Assembly (NCBI GenBank): GCA_964409855.1
Contig: CAYPEU010000001.1
Coordinates: 10,006-74,005 of the forward strand
From: an uncultured Desulfocapsa sp.
Lineage (GTDB): Bacteria > Desulfobacterota > Desulfobulbia > Desulfobulbales > Desulfocapsaceae
Direction: 5' to 3'
DNA length: 64,000 nucleotides
How positions within the stretch are numbered: the stretch's first letter is position 1; every line of letters starts with the position of its first letter. Both the position numbers and the translations under genes were made by a program. The notes under the pieces were generated by a model, which saw nothing but the letters and a program-made list of their open reading frames with translations, was not told the DNA's origin and searched no databases. Shown in pieces: positions 1 to 9,410 of the stretch.

Positions 1-1090
1 GGAAGGAAAACAGCTTATTGAGAGAATGCCACACGTCGATCTGGTCGTTGGTACCCAGAACATTTACCAGCTCGCGGAGCTCCTTGGCGAACTTGACACG
101 CAGGCAGTGGTCACCACACTGGTTGATGACTATCAGATTCCTGCCTTTATCCCCAACTTAAAGGCAGGAGCTGAGCAAGAATCGTCTCAGGCGGTCTTTA
201 AGAAATTTCTCACCATTATGCAGGGCTGCAACAACTACTGTACTTACTGTGTGGTGCCCCACACAAGAGGACTAGAAATATCACGAAAAGTCAGTCACAT
301 ACTAAAAGAAGCTCACTCTTTGGTTAAGGCTGGTGTTAAAGAGATAACCCTGCTTGGACAAAACGTCAACTCCTACGGCAAGACCAATGTTGTGAACAAG
401 GCAACTCCATCCTACAGTTTCAGTGATCTCCTTCGTGCAGTGGCAGAGATTCCCGGCCTCCAGCGGCTACGTTTTACCACCTCCAATCCAAAGGATCTGT
501 CTGATGACCTTATGCGCTGCTTTACCGAGGTGGACATCCTCTGCCCACAGTTTCACCTTCCAGTCCAATCCGGTTCAAACAGGATCCTTTCTCTGATGAA
601 CCGTAAATATACCCGGGAGCTCTACCTGGAAAAGGTTGCGGCACTACGCTCTTACTGTCCCGAAATCGCCTTGACCACCGATATGATTGTCGGCTTTCCA
701 GGTGAAACAGACCGAGATTTTGACGACACCATGTCTCTCCTGGAGGAGGTCCGCTATCACGGCTCGTTCTCTTTCAAGTACTCTGACCGCCCGAGTACCC
801 GGTCTGCAGCATTTGAAGATAAAGTTGATGAAACGATCAAGTCTGAAAGACTGCGAATTTTTCAGTCCAGGCAGGACGAACTCAGCCTGGAGCACAACCG
901 GAGTTATATCGGTAAAACGCTTTCAGTGATGATAGAAAAAACAGGGCCGGATTCAGTTGTTGGTCGCACAGAAACAAATCACCTGGTCCATATTGCAGCC
1001 CCTTCCGGTAAACGATACCCTGGAGAGATCGTTCCAGTTCGTATCGTTCATGCCGGGCAGCACTCCCTCAGAGGAGACTTCATTCTTTGA
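1..1090 (+). CDS. miaB: tRNA methylthiotransferase MiaB, 5'-partial (frame is open from the window edge)
   Basis: Radical SAM motif GCNNYCTYC, LLGQNVNSY, HLPVQSGS and C-terminal TRAM-like domain. The reading frame continues upstream of the ATG at 26. Confidence 0.93.
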   Translation, partial: EGKQLIERMPHVDLVVGTQNIYQLAELLGELDTQAVVTTLVDDYQIPAFIPNLKAGAEQESSQAVFKKFLTIMQGCNNYCTYCVVPHTRGLEISRKVSHILKEAHSLVKAGVKEITLLGQNVNSYGKTNVVNKATPSYSFSDLLRAVAEIPGLQRLRFTTSNPKDLSDDLMRCFTEVDILCPQFHLPVQSGSNRILSLMNRKYTRELYLEKVAALRSYCPEIALTTDMIVGFPGETDRDFDDTMSLLEEVRYHGSFSFKYSDRPSTRSAAFEDKVDETIKSERLRIFQSRQDELSLEHNRSYIGKTLSVMIEKTGPDSVVGRTETNHLVHIAAPSGKRYPGEIVPVRIVHAGQHSLRGDFIL

Positions 1091-1225
1091 GTCAGCTAAA
1101 CAGGATAACGGATTAAAGTTACGTTAAAATTAAAGACACATCCCCTTGTGTCTTCTCTCGGCACCCGGTCGTTTACCAGACTCCCTACCACACTCCTTAC
1201 ACTCCCTTCTACCTTGGACAGCAAA

Positions 1226-1882
1226 ATGACGTTAGCTATATTTGATCTTGACAACACCCTGCTTAGTGGCGACAGCGATTACGAATGGGGGAATTTCTTG
1301 ATTAGAAAAAAAATCGTTGACGGCCCAGCTTACGAAGCAGCTAATGAAAAATTTTATGAACAGTACAAACAGGGCCGCCTTGATATTTATGCGTATTCGG
1401 CTTTTAGCTTTAAGCCCTTGGCTGAACGATCCATGGAAGAATTACAGGTTTTGCATATGGAATTCATGCAGGAAGTTATACGCCCAATGATGGGTGATAA
1501 AGCAAAAAACTTAATCAAGAAGCATGAGCAACAAGGGCACACTTTGCTTGTGATTACAGCAACCAACAGTTTCATTACCCGTCCCATAGTGAAGGCCTTT
1601 GGCATTGACAATCTGCTTGCCACAGAACCTAAAATTGTGAATGGACGGTACACCAATGAGATTGAAGGTGTTCCCTGTTTCCACGAGGGAAAAGTGGTGC
1701 GATTAGAGAGCTGGCTGGAAAAAAACAGGCTTTCACTTGCAGGCAGCTATTTTTACAGTGACTCACATAACGATTTGCCACTTATGGAAAAGGTAGAAAC
1801 TCCAATTGCGGTGGATCCTGACGAAGAGTTGGCAACGATTGCCAGAAAAAACGGATGGGAAATCACTTCATTACGGGAGTAG
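1226..1882 (+). CDS. HAD-IB family phosphatase (SerB-like / histidinol-phosphatase-like)
   Basis: FDLDNTL motif I, ITAT motif II, YSDSHND motif IV. The ATG at 1226 fits better than the GTG at 1148. Confidence 0.85.
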   Translation: MTLAIFDLDNTLLSGDSDYEWGNFLIRKKIVDGPAYEAANEKFYEQYKQGRLDIYAYSAFSFKPLAERSMEELQVLHMEFMQEVIRPMMGDKAKNLIKKHEQQGHTLLVITATNSFITRPIVKAFGIDNLLATEPKIVNGRYTNEIEGVPCFHEGKVVRLESWLEKNRLSLAGSYFYSDSHNDLPLMEKVETPIAVDPDEELATIARKNGWEITSLRE

Positions 1883-2105
1883 TTCCAGTTTTTTAGTGTA
1901 TATGCGAGAGCACCCGTATTTTTTTAAGAAGACACAAAGAGACAATGTTTTCTTTGCAGCCTGAGGACCATAGAGTTTAGCAAAGAAAATGAAGAGATCC
2001 ATTACAGGAACGGCTGAGCCGGCTGCCTTCGGCCTAGCCTGGGAAACCAGTTTTTTTACTTTACATAAAAACAGTTGCCCCTTTGGCCGGACTGTCACTG
2101 ACCAG

Positions 2106-4136
2106 CTATTTCTTCTCACCGCCCTCCCCTGTCTGTCCACCCTCTGAGATATCCGTGGGTGTTTGCAGTCCAGGCAGGGTAAGGTTCACTTTTTTCACTT
2201 TGGGTTGCTTGCCGGTGGAGTCGGTCACCCGTCTTACCCTACGGGTAGACACCCGTTTTCCCTTGGCAGCAGGTCCTTTCACCAGGTACTCATCAAAAAA
2301 GATCTCCACCACATTGGTTTTTGCTCGGGGGGAGGGCATGAGACTGGCCCGAGCACTTTTTTCTTCGCCAAAGAGAAGCATCAGGATTTTTGAGCGCTTG
2401 TGTTCATCAAAAAGCCTGTACTCCTTGTCGAGGATAAATTTAGGCGTGGCAAATCGCTTCACGTAACAGAGATTCTCTCGCCCCTCCCGGTATACCATGT
2501 TAAAGATCAATCCCTTCTCAAGCTTGCCAATCCAGCGGATGTCGTGACCGACAAAGAGTTTGTCTGTCACCTGAATCACCTTGTACATACCTGTGTCGTA
2601 GAGGAGCAGCAGTCGATCATACTCTGAACAGGAAATGGAAAACTCTGATTTGCCTTCCTTGACCTTGATCTGATGGCCCAGAAAGCCTTCTTCTCTGTCA
2701 TAGTTGACAGTAAGGTTTGACAGGGCCACTTTACGGATGCTGACCTCGGTAAACTCCTTTATTTCAGTGAGCCGGGGATGGTCTTCTCCATACTTCTTTA
2801 ACAAAGCATCAATATAGGATGTGGTGTAGCCCACCATATCCTGAAGATGTTTTTTGATGGTCCTTATATCACTTCGGATGGATTTGATCTCTTTCTGCTG
2901 CCTGTTAATATCATATCGAGAAATGCGCTTAATACGAATTTCAAGGAGCTTCTCAATATCTTCAGTGACCACAGGCCGCTTCAGCTCCCGGGTAAAAGGT
3001 TCCAGGGCCTCATCCACTCCCTTGATAACAGCCTTGAAACTGGTCTTCTCTTCAATGGACTTGTAGAGCCGTTCTTCGATGAAGATCTGTTCCAGCAGTC
3101 TTGCATGGAGCCTGTCTTCAAGGCGCCCAAGATCAATTTCCAATTCCCTGGTCAGGTCAGCCAGAAGTTTTTCAGTGTTGTGCTGCAGGACCTCTTCAAC
3201 CGTTGAAGTCCGGGGCACACCGTTCTGGACGAGGGTCAGATTGGGACTGATGGGCACTTCGCAGTCAGTAAAGGCATACAACGCCTTGATGGTGTCTTTG
3301 GCATAAATTCCGCGCGCCAGCTTGATCTCAATCTCCACCTCTTCTGCTGTATAGTCATTGATGGAGACAATTTTGATCTTTCCAGCCTTGGCCGCCTTTT
3401 CAACAGAGTCAATGAGGGACTGGGTGGTCGTGGTGTATGGGATCTCTTTAATGAGGATCGTTTTTTCATTGGCCTCCTCCATTCTTGCCCGACAGCGGAT
3501 CTTCCCATTCCCATGATTGTAGAGAGAGACATCCACCATCCCTCCCTGGACAAAGTCTGGGTAGAGAGTCACCTCTTCCCCTTGCAGTATCTTCTTTTGG
3601 GCCTCCAGGAGTTCACAAAAATTATGGGGCATGACCTTGGTGGCCATCCCAACAGCAATTCCCTCTGCACCCTGGAGCAGGAGCAGGGGGATCTTGCATG
3701 GCAGGGTTACCGGTTCCTGCATCCTACCGTCATAGGAATCGACAAATTCGGTGAGATCCTTGTTGAACATGATCTCGCGCGCAAGTGGTGAAAGGCGGCA
3801 TTCAATATAACGGGGGGCAGATGCCTGGTCGCCGGTGAAGATATTTCCGTAGTTCCCCTGCCGGTCAATAAGATAGCCCTTATTGGCCAGATTTACCAGG
3901 GCGGCAAAGATAGACTGGTCGCCGTGGGGGTGCAGTTTCATGGTGGCGCCGACAACATTGGCGACCTTATGAAAACGGCCGTCATCCATATTGAACAGGG
4001 TCTGCAGGATACGGCGCTGAACAGGTTTGAGGCCGTCATTGATATCTGGAATGGCACGCTCCTTAATGACGTAGGAGGTGTATTCAAGAAAGTTATGTTC
4101 AAAAAGCTGACGTAATTTACCGTGCTGTGAGTCCAC
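2106..4136 (-). CDS. parC: Type IIA topoisomerase subunit A (topoisomerase IV ParC-like, short C-terminal domain)
   Basis: RAIPDINDGLKPVQRR, HPHGD and catalytic PRYIE. 676 aa, no obvious GyrA-box. Confidence 0.82.
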   Translation of the reverse strand: MDSQHGKLRQLFEHNFLEYTSYVIKERAIPDINDGLKPVQRRILQTLFNMDDGRFHKVANVVGATMKLHPHGDQSIFAALVNLANKGYLIDRQGNYGNIFTGDQASAPRYIECRLSPLAREIMFNKDLTEFVDSYDGRMQEPVTLPCKIPLLLLQGAEGIAVGMATKVMPHNFCELLEAQKKILQGEEVTLYPDFVQGGMVDVSLYNHGNGKIRCRARMEEANEKTILIKEIPYTTTTQSLIDSVEKAAKAGKIKIVSINDYTAEEVEIEIKLARGIYAKDTIKALYAFTDCEVPISPNLTLVQNGVPRTSTVEEVLQHNTEKLLADLTRELEIDLGRLEDRLHARLLEQIFIEERLYKSIEEKTSFKAVIKGVDEALEPFTRELKRPVVTEDIEKLLEIRIKRISRYDINRQQKEIKSIRSDIRTIKKHLQDMVGYTTSYIDALLKKYGEDHPRLTEIKEFTEVSIRKVALSNLTVNYDREEGFLGHQIKVKEGKSEFSISCSEYDRLLLLYDTGMYKVIQVTDKLFVGHDIRWIGKLEKGLIFNMVYREGRENLCYVKRFATPKFILDKEYRLFDEHKRSKILMLLFGEEKSARASLMPSPRAKTNVVEIFFDEYLVKGPAAKGKRVSTRRVRRVTDSTGKQPKVKKVNLTLPGLQTPTDISEGGQTGEGGEKK

Positions 4137-4204
4137 TTGTGTCTGTATCGTAGAAGTTTTCAGAAAAAGGAATGGTCCTGCAGGCTGGAAAGAAACAGTC
4201 TAGG

Positions 4205-6031
4205 CTACAGGAGATTTTCCATGATGTATGTTTTTCGCTCAGGGGTATTTTTTCCCATATAGAAAGAGAGCACCTCTGACATTTCACTCACTGAGCCCAT
4301 GTCTACCTGCCTGAGAATGATTTCCGGACCGATGAATTGCTTAAACTCTTTTGGAGAGATCTCTCCAAGGCCTTTAAAGCGGGTGGTCTCCACTACCTTT
4401 TTTACCTTTCCCCTGCCCTGCAGTTTACGGGTTGCCTGCTCCTTTTCCTTGTCGGAATAGCAGTAGAAAGTATCCTTTTTTGTCCGTACCCGGAAAATAG
4501 GGGTTTCCAGGATGTAGACATGCCCGAGCTTGACCAGTGGTTCAAAATAGTGGAGAAAAAAGGTGAGGAGCAGATTCCGGATATGGAGGCCGTCGACATC
4601 AGCGTCAGTTGCCAGAATGACCTTGTCGAAACGCAGATCAGTGATGGATTCCTCAATATTCAAGGCACGCATGAGGGAATACATCTCCTCATTTTTGTAG
4701 AGCAAGGCAAGTTGCTGCCCCAGCACATTCATGGGCTTGCCCTTTAAGGAGAAAACTGCCTGGGTTAAGGGGTCGCGGGAAGAGACGATGGATCCGGCAG
4801 CAGACTGCCCCTCTGTGATAAAAATCATATTCTCCCTGTCCTTGGCCGAAGGCTTGTTGCGGGAGGGGTGGTGCTTGCAGTCTTTAAGCTGGGGGATCTT
4901 GAGAGCGACCTTTCTGGCCTTGGCCTTGGCCTCCTTGCGAACACTCTGTAATTCTTTCCGTACCTTTTGATTGCGCTGCACCTTCTCAAGGATCCGCTCT
5001 GCCAGCTCTGTATCCTTGTATAGGGTACTGGAAACGGCATCCTTTACTTTGTTCACGATCCAGGCACGAATATCGGTGTTGCCAAGTTTATTTTTGGTCT
5101 GTGATTCAAAAACCGGTTCAACAATTTTCACAGACAGGGTGCCCACTATACCGTCGCGAACGTCACTGCCTGCAAATTTTTTATTTGAAAACTCATTCAC
5201 ACCCTTCAGGATCCCTTCACGAAAAGCAGAGAGGTGGGTACCACCTTCGCTGGTATAGGTTCCGTTAACAAAGCTGTAGTAGGTGTCGCTATATCCTTCA
5301 CTGTGCGAGAAGGCAAACTCCAGGGTGGAGTCTTGATAATAGATAGGGTTGTAAATGTTTTGGCCGCCCAGTTCCTTGTCCAGGAGGTCTAGCAGGCCGT
5401 TTGAAGAAAAAAAGCAGATTTTGTCCAGATAGATCTTCAGGCCTGCGTTAAGATACGCATAACGCCAAAGCCTTTTTTCCACATATTCCGGATCAAAGGT
5501 AAAATCATGGAAAAGTGTACTGTCGGGAAGAAATTCAATGAGGGTGCCGTTAGGTTCACAGCTCTTTCCTTTTTCCTGGTTTTCAAGGTTGCCGCTGCTA
5601 AATGTTGCCGAGGCGAACTTCCCTTCGCGGAAGGCCGTTACCTTGAAAAAATCGGACATGGCGTTAACTGCCTTGGTTCCGACACCATTCAGGCCAACGG
5701 AAAACTGAAAAACATCAGTGGAGTATTTTGCCCCGGTATTGATTCGGGATACGCAATCCACAATTTTCCCCAAGGGAATCCCACGGCCAAAATCTCGTAC
5801 CTGGACACGTCCCTCCTCCGAGATCGAAACATTCACTCGTTTGCCGGCACCCATGATAAATTCATCAACGGCATTATCAATCACCTCCTTGAGGAGAATA
5901 TAGATACCGTCATCAGGATGGCTGCCTGAGCCAAGACGACCGATATACATTCCCGGGCGTTTGCGGATATGCTCAAGCGAGCTGAGTGTCTTTACCTTAC
6001 TTTCGTCGTAATTATGCTGTGTTGATGGCAT
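4205..6031 (-). CDS. parE: Type IIA topoisomerase subunit B (ParE-like)
   Basis: LEHIRKRPGMYIG, EVIDNAVDE, GRGIP, GLNGVG, EGQSA, TDADVDG, RFKGLGE. Confidence 0.85.
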   Translation of the reverse strand: MPSTQHNYDESKVKTLSSLEHIRKRPGMYIGRLGSGSHPDDGIYILLKEVIDNAVDEFIMGAGKRVNVSISEEGRVQVRDFGRGIPLGKIVDCVSRINTGAKYSTDVFQFSVGLNGVGTKAVNAMSDFFKVTAFREGKFASATFSSGNLENQEKGKSCEPNGTLIEFLPDSTLFHDFTFDPEYVEKRLWRYAYLNAGLKIYLDKICFFSSNGLLDLLDKELGGQNIYNPIYYQDSTLEFAFSHSEGYSDTYYSFVNGTYTSEGGTHLSAFREGILKGVNEFSNKKFAGSDVRDGIVGTLSVKIVEPVFESQTKNKLGNTDIRAWIVNKVKDAVSSTLYKDTELAERILEKVQRNQKVRKELQSVRKEAKAKARKVALKIPQLKDCKHHPSRNKPSAKDRENMIFITEGQSAAGSIVSSRDPLTQAVFSLKGKPMNVLGQQLALLYKNEEMYSLMRALNIEESITDLRFDKVILATDADVDGLHIRNLLLTFFLHYFEPLVKLGHVYILETPIFRVRTKKDTFYCYSDKEKEQATRKLQGRGKVKKVVETTRFKGLGEISPKEFKQFIGPEIILRQVDMGSVSEMSEVLSFYMGKNTPERKTYIMENLL

Positions 6032-6169
6032 GCTCTAACTGGTTACGTGAAGTTGCTGTGAGTTGTTGATTCGATGAGATCTTGCAATAGTATTGTATTT
6101 TACTATATTTGGCAAGAGCAGGAAAAACGGGCTGGAAACATAAGAATATCATTAAATTATGGATAAGCA

Positions 6170-7000
6170 ATGGTAAAGGGATCTGCATTTTCCCCAACAC
6201 TCCTCAGTATCGCAGGTTCAGATCCCTCTGGAGGGGCTGGAATCCAGGCTGATTTAAAGACCATGACATCCATAGGGGTGTATGGTGCTGCGGCCATCAC
6301 CTGTCTCACTGTGCAGAACTCTTGCGGCGTCCAGGAGATCCATTCCCTGCCTCCTGATTTTGTTCGCAAACAGGTTGAGGCGGTGCTCGTTGACCACAAC
6401 GTCACCCATATCAAGATCGGCATGCTTGGCACTGCCGGGATCATGGAAACAGTTGGAGAAATGCTTGCGTCCTTTGCAGGAGTTATTGTCTATGATCCGG
6501 TGCTTGCCTCTTCCACAGGAGAATCTCTTTTCCAGAAAGAGGGCCTCCCCTCCCTGCAAAAACATCTCCTCAGCCGGGTGACGATCCTCACTCCCAACAG
6601 GGAAGAACTGGAACTGTTGACCAACACCAGAGTAAACACCACAAGAGAGGCTGTCGCCGCTGCAGAAATTCTCCTGGAGACCTACCCTTCTCTGCAGGCA
6701 GTGGTGGTAAAAGGGGGACATCTGAAAACAGAAAGTGCAACAATCCATGATTTTCTGGTTGGCCGAGATACCACATTGCATGAATCAAAGAGGAAACGGA
6801 GAGAGTGCAGAAACCTGCACGGCACCGGCTGTACCTATGCCTCAGCGCTTGCCTCCTATCTTTGCCTTGGCCACGACCTTGCCCCTGCCTTTCAACTCGC
6901 CGGTAACTATATGGATCAGATCATTCAGGCAGGAATAGGCGACAGTGCGGTAAAGAGCGGCAGCAACGGTCCCCTCTTCCATTATCGTTTCTCGTCCTGA
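6170..7000 (+). CDS. thiD: Hydroxymethylpyrimidine/phosphomethylpyrimidine kinase
   Basis: IAGSDPSGGAGIQADLKT, KIGML, KGGH, HGTGCT. Confidence 0.93.
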   Translation: MVKGSAFSPTLLSIAGSDPSGGAGIQADLKTMTSIGVYGAAAITCLTVQNSCGVQEIHSLPPDFVRKQVEAVLVDHNVTHIKIGMLGTAGIMETVGEMLASFAGVIVYDPVLASSTGESLFQKEGLPSLQKHLLSRVTILTPNREELELLTNTRVNTTREAVAAAEILLETYPSLQAVVVKGGHLKTESATIHDFLVGRDTTLHESKRKRRECRNLHGTGCTYASALASYLCLGHDLAPAFQLAGNYMDQIIQAGIGDSAVKSGSNGPLFHYRFSS

Positions 7001-7045
7001 ACCATTCCATTTCCTGCGACCCAACTCCTTTTATACAAGGCATCC

Positions 7046-7252
7046 TCAGGTCATGCGAATGCGTTCACAGTCCGGGCAGACCCAGGTGGGTCCGTTGGAG
7101 ATCCCCCACAGGTTTTCCTTGAAGCACTCCTCGCAGATCATGAATCCGCAGGGACAGCTGAGACAGTAAGGCAACTCTTTTTTACAGCAATGGCAGACAT
7201 ATTTTCCCAGTTTTCTCCGTCGATACGATCGCTTTTCTTTGTTTTCACTCAT
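7046..7252 (-). CDS. Small Cys-rich Zn-finger protein, RING C4C4-like (68 aa)
   Basis: The ATG at 7252 overlaps the cutA stop (ATGA). Motifs CHCC, CPCG, CEEC, CPDC. Confidence 0.75.
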   Translation of the reverse strand: MSENKEKRSYRRRKLGKYVCHCCKKELPYCLSCPCGFMICEECFKENLWGISNGPTWVCPDCERIRMT

Positions 7253-7569
7253 TGCTGCAGTTCCTCCGACAGCCATTGCTGGTAAGCACTGCTTATACCA
7301 GTGACCGGAGCGGCAAGGATTTCCGGCACATCATAGGGATGATGCAGACGAATCGCACCTTCCAGTTCCTCCCAGAGCGATGGTTTGCTTTTCATTTGCA
7401 GCCGATACTCCACAGCCCGTTCAACTTTCCCTTTCCACCAGTAAAGGCTGTCCACGGGACCGCTCACCTGGGCACAGGCAATCAATCGCTTGCGCAATAA
7501 AAGATCTGCCAGGTCCAGGGCCTCATCTCTGCTCTCAAGGGTGGTGCTCACGACTATGGTATCAGACAT
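7249..7569 (-). CDS. cutA: Divalent-cation tolerance protein CutA
   Basis: LIACAQ, SLYWWKGKVE, HPYDVPEI, YQQWL. Confidence 0.93.
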   Translation of the reverse strand: MSDTIVVSTTLESRDEALDLADLLLRKRLIACAQVSGPVDSLYWWKGKVERAVEYRLQMKSKPSLWEELEGAIRLHHPYDVPEILAAPVTGISSAYQQWLSEELQQ

Positions 7570-7684
7570 TGCTTTCTCTGTTCTTTGTTTTTATATTGGA
7601 TAGAGGTACACTGTTTCTCTGCAAGCTTAGCAGGGAACCCACTTGTTCCACAAGACAAAAGCAATCTCGCAGCCAAGGAAAATC

Positions 7685-8473
7685 ATGCTTTTCACCATAG
7701 ATGTCGGCAACTCACATACGGTAACCGGTCTTTTTGAAGGAGAGGAGCTTATCGGTCAGTGGCGTCTGAAGTCGGATCGCGAACGGACCGATGACGAACT
7801 GGCCATCCGTTACCATGCCCTCTTTTCCATGGCAGGGATCGACAAAAGCAAGATCCATGGAATCATCCTGGCAAGCGTGGTTCCCTCCCTTGAGGCAGCG
7901 TGGATTTCCTGCTGTGCAAAGTACTTTTCCGCCCATCTGCGGAAGCCTCTATTTGTGGTTTCATCCGAGACTATTTCCCACATCATTACCATTGCCACCG
8001 ACTACCCGGAAGAGGTGGGTGCCGACAGGCTAGTAAACGCCATAGCAGCCTGGGAGCGCCATAATCAGAATCTGATCATCATCGATTTTGGAACAGCCAT
8101 CACCTTTGACTGTGTTTCAGCCAAGTGCGAATACCTGGGTGGGGCCATCCTCCCAGGTATTGCCATATCCCTGGACGCCCTTTCCACCCGTGCCGCCAAG
8201 CTGCCCCGCATTGACGTATCCACTCCTCCGGAAGAAATCATCGGCCGCAACACTGTCCAGGCCATGAAAAGCGGCATTCTCCACGGATACGGAGCACTGG
8301 TCGACGGCTTGAGCGAAAAAATCCGTCAAGAGCTTTGTCCACAGGGGGAACCCATGCGGGTGCTGGCCACCGGTGGGATGGCCCACCTGATAGCACCCTA
8401 TACCACAACCATAGAAGAGGTGGACCCCATGCTGACCCTGCGCGGACTCCACTCCCTGCACCAGAGACAGTAA
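7685..8473 (+). CDS. coaX: Type III pantothenate kinase
   Basis: IDVGNS, VGADR, IDFGTAITFD, GGAILPG, ATGG. Start placed at ATG 7685. Confidence 0.93.
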   Translation: MLFTIDVGNSHTVTGLFEGEELIGQWRLKSDRERTDDELAIRYHALFSMAGIDKSKIHGIILASVVPSLEAAWISCCAKYFSAHLRKPLFVVSSETISHIITIATDYPEEVGADRLVNAIAAWERHNQNLIIIDFGTAITFDCVSAKCEYLGGAILPGIAISLDALSTRAAKLPRIDVSTPPEEIIGRNTVQAMKSGILHGYGALVDGLSEKIRQELCPQGEPMRVLATGGMAHLIAPYTTTIEEVDPMLTLRGLHSLHQRQ

Positions 8474-8477
8474 TAAT

Positions 8478-9401
8478 ATGGCGACTCCCCTTCTCCCTCC
8501 TTCGTTGCGACCTGGTGACTGCATCGGCATCATTGCTCCTGGCGGGCAGCTCCGTGATTTGCCCCTCCTTGAGCAGGGTGTTGCCATCCTTCACGAAATG
8601 GGATTTGAGGTCAGGCTCCCTCGCCAACTCTGGCCCGGCACCGGCTATCTTGCAGACAATGACCGTAACAGGGCCCTGGAATTTCACAGAATGTGGGCAG
8701 ACCCGGAAATTTCAGCCATCCTCGCCCTGCGTGGCGGATTCGGCTGCCTGCGTCTGCTCCCCTTGCTGGACAGGAATGAACTGCGGCAGCATAAAAAAAT
8801 GCTCATCGGTTTTTCCGACATCACCATACTGCACCAGGCCCTTTATCAGACAACAGATATGGTCAGCCTCCACGGCCCTGTGCTTAGCTCACTCTCATCT
8901 TCCAGTCGAGAAAGTGTGGAACGATTGTATGCCTGCCTCAGGGGAAAATGGAAAACACCTGTCCAATATCCAAAAGTTGAGGTCTTACGAGGAGGAGAGC
9001 CGGTTCAGGGAAGGCTCCTTGGCGGCAACCTGAGCAGTCTCATGAGCCTGCTCGCCACTCCCCTGGACCAAGATTGGAGCAACTCCATCCTCTTTCTGGA
9101 AGACGTAGCAGAACCCCTCTATCGGCTTGACCGAATGCTCACCCAGCTCGCCCATTGCAATAAGCTCAGCCAGCCAAAGGGAATTATCCTGGGGGATTTT
9201 TCTCTCACCCGTGAGCAGGAGCGTCTGAAAAGTCTTCGTTTCCACGAACAGATCTGGACGCGGGTTCTTGAACTGACAGAATCAACAGGGATTCCGGTGT
9301 GGGGAGATTTTCCAGTAGGCCATGGTCCTGACAACCTTCCCCTTCCGCACGGGGCAGAGGCAGTCATGGACAGCCGACAGGCAACGCTCTCTTTTCTCTA
9401 A
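8478..9401 (+). CDS. ldcA: LD-carboxypeptidase (peptidase S66)
   Basis: RGGFG, GFSDIT (Ser), GGNL, LEDV (Glu), GH (His). Confidence 0.88.
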   Translation: MATPLLPPSLRPGDCIGIIAPGGQLRDLPLLEQGVAILHEMGFEVRLPRQLWPGTGYLADNDRNRALEFHRMWADPEISAILALRGGFGCLRLLPLLDRNELRQHKKMLIGFSDITILHQALYQTTDMVSLHGPVLSSLSSSSRESVERLYACLRGKWKTPVQYPKVEVLRGGEPVQGRLLGGNLSSLMSLLATPLDQDWSNSILFLEDVAEPLYRLDRMLTQLAHCNKLSQPKGIILGDFSLTREQERLKSLRFHEQIWTRVLELTESTGIPVWGDFPVGHGPDNLPLPHGAEAVMDSRQATLSFL

Positions 9402-9410
9402 AAAAAAGGG

